A stretch of 64,000 nt of DNA, taken from assembly GCA_965277715.1 (NCBI GenBank), contig OZ255836.1, forward strand, positions 1,984,001 to 2,048,000, in the 5' to 3' direction. Source of the DNA: Gammaproteobacteria bacterium. Lineage in GTDB: Bacteria > Pseudomonadota > Gammaproteobacteria > JBCCGL01. The notes beneath the pieces were generated by a model. The model searched no databases. It saw nothing but the letters and a program-made list of their open reading frames with translations, and was not told where the DNA came from. Within the stretch, counting starts at the first letter, position 1, and every line of letters begins with the position of its first letter. Below are positions 19,648-30,439 of the stretch, in pieces. Position numbers and translations under genes: made by a program.

Positions 19648-20589
19648 CTATGGCGTCGCGTCCACACCTTCCTTTTCAACCGGCATCAAATCCTGCTTGC
19701 TAATACCCAGCGCCAATACGGTAGTACTGGCCACATAAATTGAGGAATAGGTTCCCACCAGCACACCGATAATCAACGCCTGCGCAAAGCCACTGATCAC
19801 TGCACCGCCAAAAATAAACAACGACAACAATACTAACAAGGTGGTCAAGGAGGTAATAATCGTGCGCGACAGGGTCTGGTTAATCGAGATATTCATCACC
19901 TCAACCGGAGTGCCTTTACGCAGTTTGCGAAAGCTTTCACGAATGCGATCAAATACGACAATCGTATCGTTCAGGGAATAACCAATCACCGCGAGTATCG
20001 CCGCCAATACACTGAGGTCAAATTCAAACTGAAACAGAGCAAATACACCAACGGTAATCAATACATCGTGAACCAACGCGGCAACCGCCCCCAGCGAGAA
20101 CTTCTTTTCAAAACGCAGCCAGATGTAGATAACAATACCGATCAATGCATACAAAACAGCCAGCCCTCCCTGTTCGCGCAATTCATCACCCACCTGGGGG
20201 CCGACAAATTCCACCCGGCGCATACTGGTTTCGCTGTTTTCTGCCGATAGTACACCCAGTACTTTTTCACTGAGGTCGGCGCTGTTCACCCCTTCGCGTG
20301 GGGCAATCCGCACCAGCACATCGCTGGCTGTACCAAAGTGCTGCACAATCGCATCATCGAACTCACCCAGTGCCAGTGCCTCGCGAATCGGGGCCAGCTC
20401 AACCGCTTGTGGGTAGCCGACTTCGATGAGGTAACCACCGGTAAAATCCACACCCAGATTCAACCCACGGCTTGCAATTGCTGCAATCGATAACAACAGC
20501 AATAACGCCGAGACCACCACCGCTATTTTACGCTTGCCGATAATATCGAAACGCGCCTGTGTGACGTTCATTTTCATTGGTGTTCCCAA
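19648..20589 (-). CDS. secF: protein translocase subunit SecF
   Basis: GVDFTGG, EFVGPQVG, GYSLNDTIVVFDRIRE, GTYSSIYVA; true start may be 20577. Confidence 0.96.
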   Translation of the reverse strand: MGTPMKMNVTQARFDIIGKRKIAVVVSALLLLLSIAAIASRGLNLGVDFTGGYLIEVGYPQAVELAPIREALALGEFDDAIVQHFGTASDVLVRIAPREGVNSADLSEKVLGVLSAENSETSMRRVEFVGPQVGDELREQGGLAVLYALIGIVIYIWLRFEKKFSLGAVAALVHDVLITVGVFALFQFEFDLSVLAAILAVIGYSLNDTIVVFDRIRESFRKLRKGTPVEVMNISINQTLSRTIITSLTTLLVLLSLFIFGGAVISGFAQALIIGVLVGTYSSIYVASTTVLALGISKQDLMPVEKEGVDATP

Positions 20590-20593
20590 AAAG

Positions 20594-22447
20594 TTAAATG
20601 GCCAGTTTGTCTATTTTACGGCTACCGTAAATCAGATTGATAATCGCCCGTGTACCAAAGATGGCGGTAAACATCGACGTGACAATACCAATCGACAGCG
20701 TGATCGCAAACCCCTTGATGGGGCCTGTACCAAAGCTAAATAACACAATAGCGGCAATCAAGGTGGTAACGTTGGCATCGGCAATCGTAGCAAAGGCTTT
20801 TGCATAACCGGCGCTGATACCCGATTGGATAGTATTGCCCGTGCGCAACTCCTCGCGGATACGTTCAAAAATCAGCACATTGGCATCAACCGCCATGCCC
20901 ACTGTCAATACGATACCGGCAATGCCCGGCAGCGTCAGCGTGGCCTGTAACATCGACAACACCGCCACAATGAACACCAGGTTGAGTGTCAGCGCAATAT
21001 TCGCAGCGATGCCAAACACTTTGTAATAGACCAGCATAAACACCAGTACCAGTACAAAACCAATCAGCACAGAGTTAAGCCCCTGCTCAATATTGTCTTT
21101 ACCCAGGCTGGGGCCGACGGTGCGCTCCTCGATGATTTCAACCGGCGCTTTCAGCGCACCAGCGCGCAATAACAGCGCAAGATTGCGCGCCTCAGTACTC
21201 TCCAGGCCAGTGGTTTGAAAGCGGTGGCTGAGCACATCGCGGATAGTCGCCGCGTTAATCACCTCTTCGACGAGTTTGCGGGTTTTCACCAGTTCACCAT
21301 CAATACGCTGGGTGTTTGTGCGGTTTTCGATAAAGACAACCGCCATCAGGTTGCCGATATTTTCGGCACTGACTTTCTGCATCCGCTTGGCCCCTTTTCC
21401 ATCCAGGTTGACGTACACAGCAGGCGAACCGGATTGTTGGTCAATACCGGCGGAGGCATCTTCAATCTGATCGCCAGTGACAATCACCCGACGCGACAAC
21501 AATATCGGCGAACCGTCTTCGCGGCGTTTGTACAACCGCGCATTACCGGGCACCCGGCCACTTTCTTCAGCCGCGTACCAATCGGTGGCGGTGCCATGCA
21601 CCATCCGGTATTCCAGTGTCGCGGTCGCACCGAGAATCTGCTTGGCGCGGACAGTATCCTGTATACCGGGTAACTGCACGACGATACGATCCTCACCCTG
21701 ACGCTGCACCACCGGTTCGGCAACACCCAGCTCGTTAACCCGGTTGCGCAGGGTGATTACGTTTTGTTGCAGTGTTGTGGTGCGCTCGCGCTCGGCAGCG
21801 GCCTCGGTCAGGTTCGCCTCAATAAAAAAGGCGTTTTCCTCATCGCGTGCCGTCAGGAGTAAATCGGCATAATCATCCTGCAATTCTTCAAGTGTACTAT
21901 CGCGCAGCGCTGCCGTTTTGAAGCGCACTTCCAATTGATCATTGACGTAACGCACACCGCGATAACGGATTTTTTTCGCTTTCATTGTGGCGCGAAGATC
22001 ATCGGCATAACGCGACTCGGATTGTTTTATCGCCGAGACCATATCCACCTGCATGAGAAAGTGAACACCGCCGCGCAAATCGAGGCCGAGGAACATCGGC
22101 TGTGCAAAGCGACGCAACCATTCGGGGGTAGCCGGTGCCAGGTTCTGCGCGACCAAATAGCGATCATTGAGCGTTTCAGACAGATGGTCGTTGGCTTTAA
22201 GCTGGTCATCGCTGCTGGCAAAACGCAACAGCAACTTACCCTGATCGTTTTCAACCGCTATCGGGGTGACACCCAGCGCATCCAGTTCGGCAGTCACCGT
22301 TTCCTCGATTGCTGTATCGGTTGTACCGGTACGCGCCGACACCTGAACGGCGGGGTCGTCACCATAGATATTCGGTAATGCGTAAAAGATCCCGACGACG
22401 ATAGCCGCTATCAGAAGCAAATATTTCCAGGCGGGGTATTTATTCAC
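20594..22447 (-). CDS. secD: protein translocase subunit SecD
   Basis: LGLDLRGG, LRNRVNELGVAEP, TVGPSLG, GMAVDANVLIFERIREE. Confidence 0.97.
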   Translation of the reverse strand: MNKYPAWKYLLLIAAIVVGIFYALPNIYGDDPAVQVSARTGTTDTAIEETVTAELDALGVTPIAVENDQGKLLLRFASSDDQLKANDHLSETLNDRYLVAQNLAPATPEWLRRFAQPMFLGLDLRGGVHFLMQVDMVSAIKQSESRYADDLRATMKAKKIRYRGVRYVNDQLEVRFKTAALRDSTLEELQDDYADLLLTARDEENAFFIEANLTEAAAERERTTTLQQNVITLRNRVNELGVAEPVVQRQGEDRIVVQLPGIQDTVRAKQILGATATLEYRMVHGTATDWYAAEESGRVPGNARLYKRREDGSPILLSRRVIVTGDQIEDASAGIDQQSGSPAVYVNLDGKGAKRMQKVSAENIGNLMAVVFIENRTNTQRIDGELVKTRKLVEEVINAATIRDVLSHRFQTTGLESTEARNLALLLRAGALKAPVEIIEERTVGPSLGKDNIEQGLNSVLIGFVLVLVFMLVYYKVFGIAANIALTLNLVFIVAVLSMLQATLTLPGIAGIVLTVGMAVDANVLIFERIREELRTGNTIQSGISAGYAKAFATIADANVTTLIAAIVLFSFGTGPIKGFAITLSIGIVTSMFTAIFGTRAIINLIYGSRKIDKLAI

Positions 22448-22500
22448 TGGGCTGCCTTTCTCACTGCATAAAGAGGGATTGGAAGTGGATAGCCATATCC

Positions 22501-22830
22501 TTAGAGTTGTTTGATAGTGCCTTTTGGCAGTAAGTTGCCAATTGCATTCTTTTGTAAATTGACCTCGACGTTATCGGCAATTTTCACCCGTATAAAAGCA
22601 TCGCCAATATGCACAATAGCACCGGCAACACCACCGTTGGTGACAATCTCGTCGCCTTTTTTCAGCTCGTCGACCATCTTTTTATGTTCCTTGACACGCT
22701 TTTGTTGCGGGCGGATAAAGACAAAGAAAAACACCGCCAACAAAGCAATGGGCAGTATCAGACCAAACAACCCGCCGCCAGCCGGTGCTGCGCCCTCAGC
22801 CAGTGCGCTCGAAATAAAAAAATCCATCAT
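22501..22830 (-). CDS. yajC: preprotein translocase subunit YajC
   Basis: MDFFISSALA, IRPQQKR.KEH, KGDE.VTNGG, LPKGTIK. Confidence 0.95.
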   Translation of the reverse strand: MMDFFISSALAEGAAPAGGGLFGLILPIALLAVFFFVFIRPQQKRVKEHKKMVDELKKGDEIVTNGGVAGAIVHIGDAFIRVKIADNVEVNLQKNAIGNLLPKGTIKQL

Positions 22831-23072
22831 CAACCTCACTCTTGATTAGTAGGGGGATTGGCAGCACTCGGTGAGTACCGCCAAAAGCGGCGCATTATGC
22901 CATAGACATAGGGCAAAATCTCAATCATTCAACGCCCCATCTGAGGCACTCTGGTATTGTTATAACGCCCCAAAAGCATAAAATAAAGTGACCTCTAACC
23001 ACTACCTGGTTTATCATTGTCACCCATCATGGGAGCAGCTCCTGTGACTTCTGTTAATCCCAAGGAAAAACC

Positions 23073-23466
23073 ATGCATATAGTAAAAAAAAATCCCACTA
23101 TTTTTTATCCTTATCACCACGGTAATATTCATTGCAAGTTGTAGAACTGCTCCTAATAATATCGAATCATCGCCCATCGCCGCTCAGGATTCAGCATCAT
23201 TGGATGATATTAGCAAAGCCATCAGTACGGCTGGCGTGTCACTCGGTTGGAGAATGAAGCAGGTTGAGCCAGGTAAAATCGATGCCGTTCTGTTTTTGCG
23301 CGATCACTCCGCTGTTGTCAGTATTATTTACGACACCAATGCCTACAGTATCCTGTATAAGGACAGTAGCAACCTCAATTACAGCGGCACCCACATTCAC
23401 AGCAACTATAATGGGTGGGTCAAGAACCTCGATCAAAAAATTGCTGCACACTTAAGTACACTCTAA
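23073..23466 (+). pseudogene. lipoprotein frameshifted in an A9 tract
   Basis: AAGGA + ATG at 23073; removing one A from 23084-23092 gives MHIVKKIPLFFILITTVIFIAS-C RTAP..., in frame with ORF 23200-23466 (GW.M....PG, H..V..I.Y, IHSNYNGWVKNL). Confidence 0.75.
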
Positions 23467-23543
23467 ATCAGCTATTGACCAAAATATTATTGGTATCTTT
23501 TCATGCAGGGGGGCGTATGCCGCCCCCTATAGTCTCTTAATCT

Positions 23544-24215
23544 GTGCACCTCAAACCCTCACATCTCGGTCTCGACGGCTGGTTTACTTTTTTTCTGTCA
23601 GCTTTGTTACTGCTGCTAACCGCTGGAACCGGGTTAATTTACCTCGGTTATAGGGTTTACACGACAGCAAAGAACACACCCTGTTCGCCAACCCAACAAC
23701 CTTCATTGATTTTACTCACTGGTGCTGCCTTGCGTAACAATCAAATACAAGCCAATTACCGGTGCAGATTAGAACGGTGCCTGAAGGTCATCAATCGTGA
23801 ACAACCACAGTCGGTAATATTATTGGGTGGGTACACACGGGGCAATACCCTCAGCGAAGCACAGGCAGGCAAAGCATTCCTGCAACAGCATGGCGTTGCT
23901 ACAAAGACGATACTGACGGAAGAGCACTCACAACACACACTGGAAAATTTTCAATTTGCCCGCGATATGCCTATATTGAAAAACCAGCCCGCGCTATTAC
24001 TAATCAGCAGTAGAACCCACTTGCACCGCTGTAGCGTATTTGCCCAGAGCCTGGGCCTGGCCGTGACCTTATGTGCTGCCGAGGTGGCGTTAAAGGTAAC
24101 GCGCCCGCTGTTTTTTAATTTATTGCTCGAAAGCTTATACCTACACTGGTTTTACACTGGAAGAGCCTGGAGCCAACTCACCTGCAACCGACACAGCCTA
24201 AAGCGCATTAGTTAA
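23544..24215 (+). CDS. YdcF/DUF218 family membrane-anchored protein
   Basis: N-terminal TM; LLGG...SEA.AG, EEHS.HTLEN, SSRTHL.R. Confidence 0.85.
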   Translation: MHLKPSHLGLDGWFTFFLSALLLLLTAGTGLIYLGYRVYTTAKNTPCSPTQQPSLILLTGAALRNNQIQANYRCRLERCLKVINREQPQSVILLGGYTRGNTLSEAQAGKAFLQQHGVATKTILTEEHSQHTLENFQFARDMPILKNQPALLLISSRTHLHRCSVFAQSLGLAVTLCAAEVALKVTRPLFFNLLLESLYLHWFYTGRAWSQLTCNRHSLKRIS

Positions 24216-24994
24216 TCGGTCTCACTACCGGCCCACCGGATCTTCTCTAACAGACTGCGCCGCAAACCACTCAAATGCCCCTTTTTTTGATACAGCCTAT
24301 TGGCGACCATTTTGACAATTGCACGGGTATCCTGAAAGGGTTTGTAATGACTGGCCCGCCCACTTTCAGGGTACACAGAATATATCGGCACAGCGACACA
24401 GCCAATGCCCAACCAAACAGCGTCGATAAGTATCTCACTTTCAAAAACAAAATTGCGCCCACAACCGACAGGGGCAGAAGACCGGTCAAACAGGGCTGCC
24501 GGGTATAAACGGAACCCCGATTGTGAATCATATACCCTCACACCGGCAGCCCAACCGACCCAAAAATCTGCGATCCGATTGGCAATACGCCGTATAAGTG
24601 GTGCGCTGCGCCGATCGTGATGGCGTGCTGCGATGATGATGTCATCTGGGTGATTGCGATGGGCCGCAAGCAATGACCCGATATCCGCTGGGTTGTGTTG
24701 CCCATCACCGTCGAGCGTAATAATAGCGCCTACCCCGTGCTCGAGCGCACGCTGGATGCCTGTCCATAGCGCTGCCGCTTTCCCCTGGTTTTGAGCGTGT
24801 TGTTGGATCTCTACTCCCAGCCCGGCCACACCCAACCCGGATAGCGCCCCAACGGTTCCATCGGTAGAGGCATCGTCGACTACAATGACTTTGTCGATAT
24901 ACTGGCAGGCATTTTTAACGACATCAGCAATTGTCGCCACCTCATTAAAAGCGGGGATCACTACAGCGAACTGAACAGCATTGGGTAAGCTCAC
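24212..24994 (-). CDS. glycosyltransferase family 2
   Basis: VIPAFNE, VVDDASTD, NQGKAAAL, TLDGDGQH, DSQSGFRLYP. Confidence 0.92.
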   Translation of the reverse strand: MSLPNAVQFAVVIPAFNEVATIADVVKNACQYIDKVIVVDDASTDGTVGALSGLGVAGLGVEIQQHAQNQGKAAALWTGIQRALEHGVGAIITLDGDGQHNPADIGSLLAAHRNHPDDIIIAARHHDRRSAPLIRRIANRIADFWVGWAAGVRVYDSQSGFRLYPAALFDRSSAPVGCGRNFVFESEILIDAVWLGIGCVAVPIYSVYPESGRASHYKPFQDTRAIVKMVANRLYQKKGHLSGLRRSLLEKIRWAGSETD

Positions 24995-25713
24995 TAGGCC
25001 ATTGCTCCATTCACTGAGATAACCTGGCCACTAATGTAGCCCGCCGCATCTGAGGCGAGGAAATCCACGGTGGCCGCGACTTCGTCTGCACGACCGGCGC
25101 GTTGCATTGGCACCCATTGTTTTATCTGGGCCTCAGAAAACAACCCCTCGGTCATCTCACTTTCGATGATACCGGGCGCCACAACATTCACCGTAATACC
25201 ACGCGATGCGAGTTCTATTGCCAGTGATTTACTCGCGCCATGCAACGCCGATTTTGCCGCCGCATAATTCACCTGGCCACGATTACCGGTAATCGCGGCA
25301 ACCGATGAGATACTGATCACCCTGCCCCAGCGCGTGCGCATCATCGGCATGGTCAGATACCGGGTAACATTGAAAAAACCGTTCAGCGATACATCGATCA
25401 CACTGAGCCAATCCTGTTTGGGCATACCGGCAAAGGGAACATCTTTATGAATACCGGCATTGTTGACGAGAATCTGGATAGCGCCAGCCTCCAATACACG
25501 ACCGAGCACCGCTTCAGTCGCCGTGGCATCGGTCACATCGAACACCGCTGACTCCGCCGATAGGCTCTGCTCCTTCAAGGTTGCAACAATACTTTCAGCC
25601 GCCTGCGGGCGACTGTTGGCGTGAACAATAACGTGACAACCTGCCAATGCAAGCCGCCTGCAGATAGCTTCGCCTATTGACCCACTCCCCCCTGTTACCA
25701 ATGCGCGTTTCAT
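24994..25713 (-). CDS. fabG: 3-oxoacyl-ACP reductase (cluster FabG-type ketoreductase)
   Basis: MKRALVTGGSGSIG, NNAG, NRGQVNYAAAK. Confidence 0.9.
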   Translation of the reverse strand: MKRALVTGGSGSIGEAICRRLALAGCHVIVHANSRPQAAESIVATLKEQSLSAESAVFDVTDATATEAVLGRVLEAGAIQILVNNAGIHKDVPFAGMPKQDWLSVIDVSLNGFFNVTRYLTMPMMRTRWGRVISISSVAAITGNRGQVNYAAAKSALHGASKSLAIELASRGITVNVVAPGIIESEMTEGLFSEAQIKQWVPMQRAGRADEVAATVDFLASDAAGYISGQVISVNGAMA

Positions 25714-26150
25714 ATTATTGGTTGACTCTCTATTACAGTGATACGGCCACAGCCTATTTCGCCACGCTCTGCCCAGGAGCGAAACTGATACAACATTGAA
25801 CCGCACTGTCGAACCAGTGGTTCGGCGCATAAATAAAGCGTTTGTCGAATGTCATCGAGCCTGTTGACCTTGAGTTGCACTTCTTTTACACCGGCAAGAT
25901 AACCTGGAGCCAGCGCCTTACCTTCTACTCTGGCCAGTAAAGCGCCATGTATTGCCATCGATTGTGCGGCGTATTCTACCAAATGAATAGCACTGAGCTG
26001 TGCCCCGGATCGCAACGGGTTATTACTGGCGAAGTGGCTAACGGCGGTACATTGTATGCTATCGCTGTCCCATTCAAGTACGCGGTCGAGCAGGCACATT
26101 AAGCCACTGTGGGGAATAAGTGGTTCAAATTCGTCGCGTTCAATCATCAT
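25710..26150 (-). CDS. hotdog-fold 3-hydroxyacyl-ACP dehydratase (ApeP-like)
   Basis: LIPHSGLMCLLD, EYAAQSMAIHG, PGYLAGV. Confidence 0.85.
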   Translation of the reverse strand: MMIERDEFEPLIPHSGLMCLLDRVLEWDSDSIQCTAVSHFASNNPLRSGAQLSAIHLVEYAAQSMAIHGALLARVEGKALAPGYLAGVKEVQLKVNRLDDIRQTLYLCAEPLVRQCGSMLYQFRSWAERGEIGCGRITVIESQPII

Positions 26151-26160
26151 TAAAACGATA

Positions 26161-26940
26161 TCACCGTCGACTAACCTGCAGGGTCATTCCGTTAACATAG
26201 GCCAGTACAGCGGCATTATTGTTGTTATTGGTACTCAATAACGTCAGAAACGGCAACGCACGCATCGCCGGATTTTCCAGTCGAAGCGCTTCCAAACCCA
26301 CCTGGGAACAGCGTGTTTCAGGCAATGCTTCGGGGGTAAGTTGCAACTGCCAACAACATTCGTCAGCGCTCAACAACAGGGCGACAGCACCGCCACTGAG
26401 CAGCGTGGTTGCCGGGCCAAGTGGCGCTGAGGGTGGCCATTCAAAGCAAACCAGCAAGACACTCCCCGCGCCGGTTTGCAGCATAGTCACAGCGTCCAGC
26501 AAACCGGCAGAAAAACTCGCACCACCGGCGGTAATACTACTGGTTGGCACACGCTGCCCGGTGGCAATGCTCCAGTAACCACTGGCGGCATTGTGTACCG
26601 AGTTATGAAAATCAGTCGGTGAGACCGGGTGGCCCGGTAGCCGCGCCGCTGTGCATATTTTATGCGCCATCTGCAAATCTGAACTGGATGAGGAAAAAAC
26701 CGCACCCGCTAACGGTGGTTGCTCATCCGCTATGGGCATAGCCTCTTCAGCCGCCATTAAGCACAACTTTACCATTGGCGAAACGCGTCGGCGCTCATTA
26801 GCCGGTAACAATGCAGGCACCGGCTTCTGCAAAGGCGCCGAGTTATACTGCCGTTCACCCCGCAGCACGGCCAGCGCAGCCTGCCAGGACGGCAAACCAG
26901 GCGCAATAAAACCAATACCACCAATACCAAACTCAAACAT
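26161..26940 (-). CDS. beta-ketoacyl synthase chain-length factor
   Basis: LLPANERRR, SPTDFHNSVHNAASGYWSIA; no catalytic Cys motif. Confidence 0.85.
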   Translation of the reverse strand: MFEFGIGGIGFIAPGLPSWQAALAVLRGERQYNSAPLQKPVPALLPANERRRVSPMVKLCLMAAEEAMPIADEQPPLAGAVFSSSSSDLQMAHKICTAARLPGHPVSPTDFHNSVHNAASGYWSIATGQRVPTSSITAGGASFSAGLLDAVTMLQTGAGSVLLVCFEWPPSAPLGPATTLLSGGAVALLLSADECCWQLQLTPEALPETRCSQVGLEALRLENPAMRALPFLTLLSTNNNNNAAVLAYVNGMTLQVSRR

Positions 26941-28120
26941 AGCAACACCCAAATAGCAGACTACAATTGGTGCCACCAAACCCAAAGGAATTGCTCAATA
27001 CCCTGCGTATTGGCGCCAACCGGTTATCGCGCACAACGTGGCTGCGAAACACAGGGTCAACCTGCTGCGTGTTAAGGCTGCCCGGTATCAGCCCCCGCTG
27101 TAAACACAACGCGCTGATCACCGCTTCAACGATACCGGCAGCACCCAGGGTATGCCCGGTCCATCCCTTGGTTGAACTGCACGGGGTTTTATTGGCAAAC
27201 ACCTTGGCCACCGCCCTATCCTCGGCGAGATCATTCGCCTGAGTGGCCGTACCGTGCAGGTTGATATAGTCGATATCATCCGCATTCACTCGCGCCGATT
27301 TAAGCGCATTCGATATTGCCATAACCGCCCCCAACCCCTGCGGATGGGGCGTTGACATATGGTAGGCATCGCTACTCTCGCCCACTCCCAGCAAAGCAAT
27401 ATCGGCGGGCGCATCTGCCTGGCGTTGTAGCAACGCAAACCCGGCGGCTTCGCCAATCGAAATACCATCGCGGTTTTGATCAAACGGCCTGCAGGGTTGT
27501 GCCGAAACCAATTGCAACGAATTAAAACCATATAAGGTAGTCAGGCAAAGGCTGTCGACCCCCCCTACTAAAACTGCATCGCACAAATTGGCGTGTAAAT
27601 ACCGCGCAGCGACAGCAAATACTTTGGCGCTCGACGAACACGCAGTGGAAATAACCATCGATGGCCCCGCCAGGCCCAATAAGGTACATAGGAAGTCAGC
27701 CAGCGAGTAGCTATTGTGTGTGCCAATAAAATGGTAAGTATCCGGTAGTTGCCCACCGGGTTCTGTATGCCGGTAAGCCAGCTCAGTTTCATGCACACCC
27801 GATGTGCTGGTACCGACAATAACGGCAACCCGGTTTGCACCATAGCGACTTTTCACGGCGGCCAGCGACGCAGTAAAATCATCCTGCTCCAGGCCGAGCA
27901 TGGCGAGTTGATTATTCCGGCAGGTATAGCGGGACAGCGGTGTAGGCAGTGTGACATCCTCCACACCCGCCACCCGGCCAATCCATGTAGTGAGCGGGCA
28001 TTGATCAAAATCGTTTTGGCGCAGGCCACTACCGCCTGCCAGCAGTGCCTCAAATGTACATTGCACACCCGCTCCCAGCGCGCTGCTCACCGTGTGTGCG
28101 GTTATTGAAATGGGGGTCAT
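26933..28120 (-). CDS. beta-ketoacyl-ACP synthase (aryl-polyene type KS)
   Basis: STACSSSAK, YHMSTPHP, HGTAT..ND, KGWTGHTLGAAG, SNSFGFGG. Confidence 0.93.
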   Translation of the reverse strand: MTPISITAHTVSSALGAGVQCTFEALLAGGSGLRQNDFDQCPLTTWIGRVAGVEDVTLPTPLSRYTCRNNQLAMLGLEQDDFTASLAAVKSRYGANRVAVIVGTSTSGVHETELAYRHTEPGGQLPDTYHFIGTHNSYSLADFLCTLLGLAGPSMVISTACSSSAKVFAVAARYLHANLCDAVLVGGVDSLCLTTLYGFNSLQLVSAQPCRPFDQNRDGISIGEAAGFALLQRQADAPADIALLGVGESSDAYHMSTPHPQGLGAVMAISNALKSARVNADDIDYINLHGTATQANDLAEDRAVAKVFANKTPCSSTKGWTGHTLGAAGIVEAVISALCLQRGLIPGSLNTQQVDPVFRSHVVRDNRLAPIRRVLSNSFGFGGTNCSLLFGCCYV

Positions 28121-28129
28121 AGTGCTACT

Positions 28130-30439
28130 TTATTCAGTCAAACGTGAAGATAGTGGATTATTGGAACGCGAAAATATACCGCCGAGTATAAAACAGGCGA
28201 GAACACCCACCGACACCGTAATGCCGATAGCACGGATAACCGGCACCTCCGAACACGCCAGTAAAGCGAACACCACTACCGTGGAGACACAACAGATAAA
28301 CAGCGAATGCAGTGTATTTGCATCAAACTCACGCCGTGTAAAAAACAGTGCATAATCAAGCCCTATACCCAGCACCAACAGGAGTGCCACTAAATGGAAG
28401 ACAGAAAACAACACCCCACATAAATGCAGGATGAATACATCAACGGACAAAGCCAGAAAACCAATCAACACAACCCGCAATACACGCTGCCAATCGCGTA
28501 ACGCCAGCAATAATGAAGCAGCGATAATCATCGCAACCCAGACTAATTGCCAGGCGGCCGTCTGCATATAATCACCTAGCATCGATGCACTTGTCTGTGA
28601 AAGATTTACATATTCGACATTCGATACTCCACTTTTGGCCAAAGCCTTACGCAGAGCAATACTGTCATCGACCTTAGACAAGGTCACTACCCCCACCCAT
28701 TTACCGTTATGGGGAAACAACAAACCATCAATATGGGCTTGCAATGGGCTTTCAATCGCAGCGAAATAGTCAATTGGTTTTATACTTTTTGTTTTTTCAA
28801 CATCCTTAATAAACGGCTGAAACGCCGAGACGCGAAGTGGTAACCCCCGCACTGCCTGTTGTATAGATTGCTCAACATCGATTGCCTCCGGCATACTATT
28901 CTGGCGTTGTCGCTGGGTTTGCAGGCTCGGTAAATAGCGGCTGATGAGATTGTAACCGCCCAGCAAACCATCGCGATGCCAGCCGTCGAGATGTGCTGTT
29001 AAGGCTTCCTGGGTTTGCAAAACCTGCTCTGGGCTGTCGCCCTTAACAAGCAATAATTCTGACACCTCGGGCACCTGCAGGTCATCGCGCAAAGCGCGAT
29101 CCAGTGCCAGGCTCTGTTGTGGGATCACACTCATTGCAACAAGCCGATCCTCAAGCCACGGCTTGTTCGCAGCAATAGCGACAACACCGATAAAAGCAAC
29201 CCCTATTAATGTCAGTAACGGGGCATAATCAGGCAACTTAATAGATCTGAACCGGCCCGTTCCAGTATATGACAGCGCCAACAACGGCACAGGCAACGCG
29301 GGCAACAAGTAACGGGTAGACAAAGCGCCAGCACTCAAACCTATGATTGAAAATACCGCCAATTGTGACAAGCCATCAAACTCAGTCAGGGTAAACGCCA
29401 GATAGCCCAATACCGTTGTTACCAGGCCAATGCGCATTGTCGGCCAAATCTTACGCATCGTTTCACCGGGCATCGTGTTGCGCAGATGGCTGAAAAAGTG
29501 AATGGGGTAATCGAGTGTGACGCCCAGTAAGGTAACCCCAAACGCCAGTGTCACACCGTGCAGTGTATCGAAGATCACACTGCACCCCGCCACAGCGATT
29601 AATATTGCCATCATCAATGGCAAACCCGCCAACAGTGCGTGCCGTAACGAACGATAAGCCCAGGCGAGCAACAGCAACAAGGCGATACCTGCGATAAGCG
29701 AGTAACGCTGTGCATCGGCGCTTATACGCTGTTTTACATCCAACGCAAACAGGGCCGGTCCCGAGATTACCAAACGCAACCCCGCTTGCGAATACACCGA
29801 AAAAGCCTGGCGGATTGCATCGATAACCACCGCTTGCGCATCGACATCGTACCCTGCTGCACGCGTTTCAATCACCATAAGTGACCGCGTTGAGTCTTTG
29901 TTAACCCACACACCCTGCGCTGTTAACGGTCTGGATTGTGGCGCCCAACTGCGCAGGATTTGCAAAGATGCCAGCGCCGGATCCTGGGTAATCTGTCGCG
30001 CAGTCACAGGGCTGATACCTGAGCGGATCTCGAGTAATCGCGCTTCAAGTGCGGTGCGCAACCCCGCCGCGCTCAAACTATCTGATGCCCCAGCCCAAAG
30101 CAGGTAGCGATAGTCCATTATCCACTGAAGCAGTGCAGAAGCGTGCTGCAACTCGCCGTTCCCGACACTGACAATGCCTTCCATTGTGCGTAAATACCGG
30201 GCAAATTGTTTATTGGTATCGATTAACTTATTTTGCTCACCCCCCTCTATCGCGAGCAACAATAAACGGGTTGTAGCGCCTTGCGTCAATTGTTGCAGCA
30301 GCAGTTGCTGTTGACTGCTTTTAGCTTTGGGTAAAAAGGCGCTGATATCAGATGTTGTCGTCAGGTTAGTGGCAATAGTGCCCAGCGCACCGATTGCAAA
30401 TAGCAACCAAAAACCGATGATCAATAGGCGTCTTTGCAC
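28130..30439 (-). CDS. MMPL/RND-family exporter
   Basis: About 12 TM segments in two halves, FGVTLLGVTLDYPIH, LGIGLDYALFF; cluster context. Confidence 0.88.
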   Translation of the reverse strand: MQRRLLIIGFWLLFAIGALGTIATNLTTTSDISAFLPKAKSSQQQLLLQQLTQGATTRLLLLAIEGGEQNKLIDTNKQFARYLRTMEGIVSVGNGELQHASALLQWIMDYRYLLWAGASDSLSAAGLRTALEARLLEIRSGISPVTARQITQDPALASLQILRSWAPQSRPLTAQGVWVNKDSTRSLMVIETRAAGYDVDAQAVVIDAIRQAFSVYSQAGLRLVISGPALFALDVKQRISADAQRYSLIAGIALLLLLAWAYRSLRHALLAGLPLMMAILIAVAGCSVIFDTLHGVTLAFGVTLLGVTLDYPIHFFSHLRNTMPGETMRKIWPTMRIGLVTTVLGYLAFTLTEFDGLSQLAVFSIIGLSAGALSTRYLLPALPVPLLALSYTGTGRFRSIKLPDYAPLLTLIGVAFIGVVAIAANKPWLEDRLVAMSVIPQQSLALDRALRDDLQVPEVSELLLVKGDSPEQVLQTQEALTAHLDGWHRDGLLGGYNLISRYLPSLQTQRQRQNSMPEAIDVEQSIQQAVRGLPLRVSAFQPFIKDVEKTKSIKPIDYFAAIESPLQAHIDGLLFPHNGKWVGVVTLSKVDDSIALRKALAKSGVSNVEYVNLSQTSASMLGDYMQTAAWQLVWVAMIIAASLLLALRDWQRVLRVVLIGFLALSVDVFILHLCGVLFSVFHLVALLLVLGIGLDYALFFTRREFDANTLHSLFICCVSTVVVFALLACSEVPVIRAIGITVSVGVLACFILGGIFSRSNNPLSSRLTE

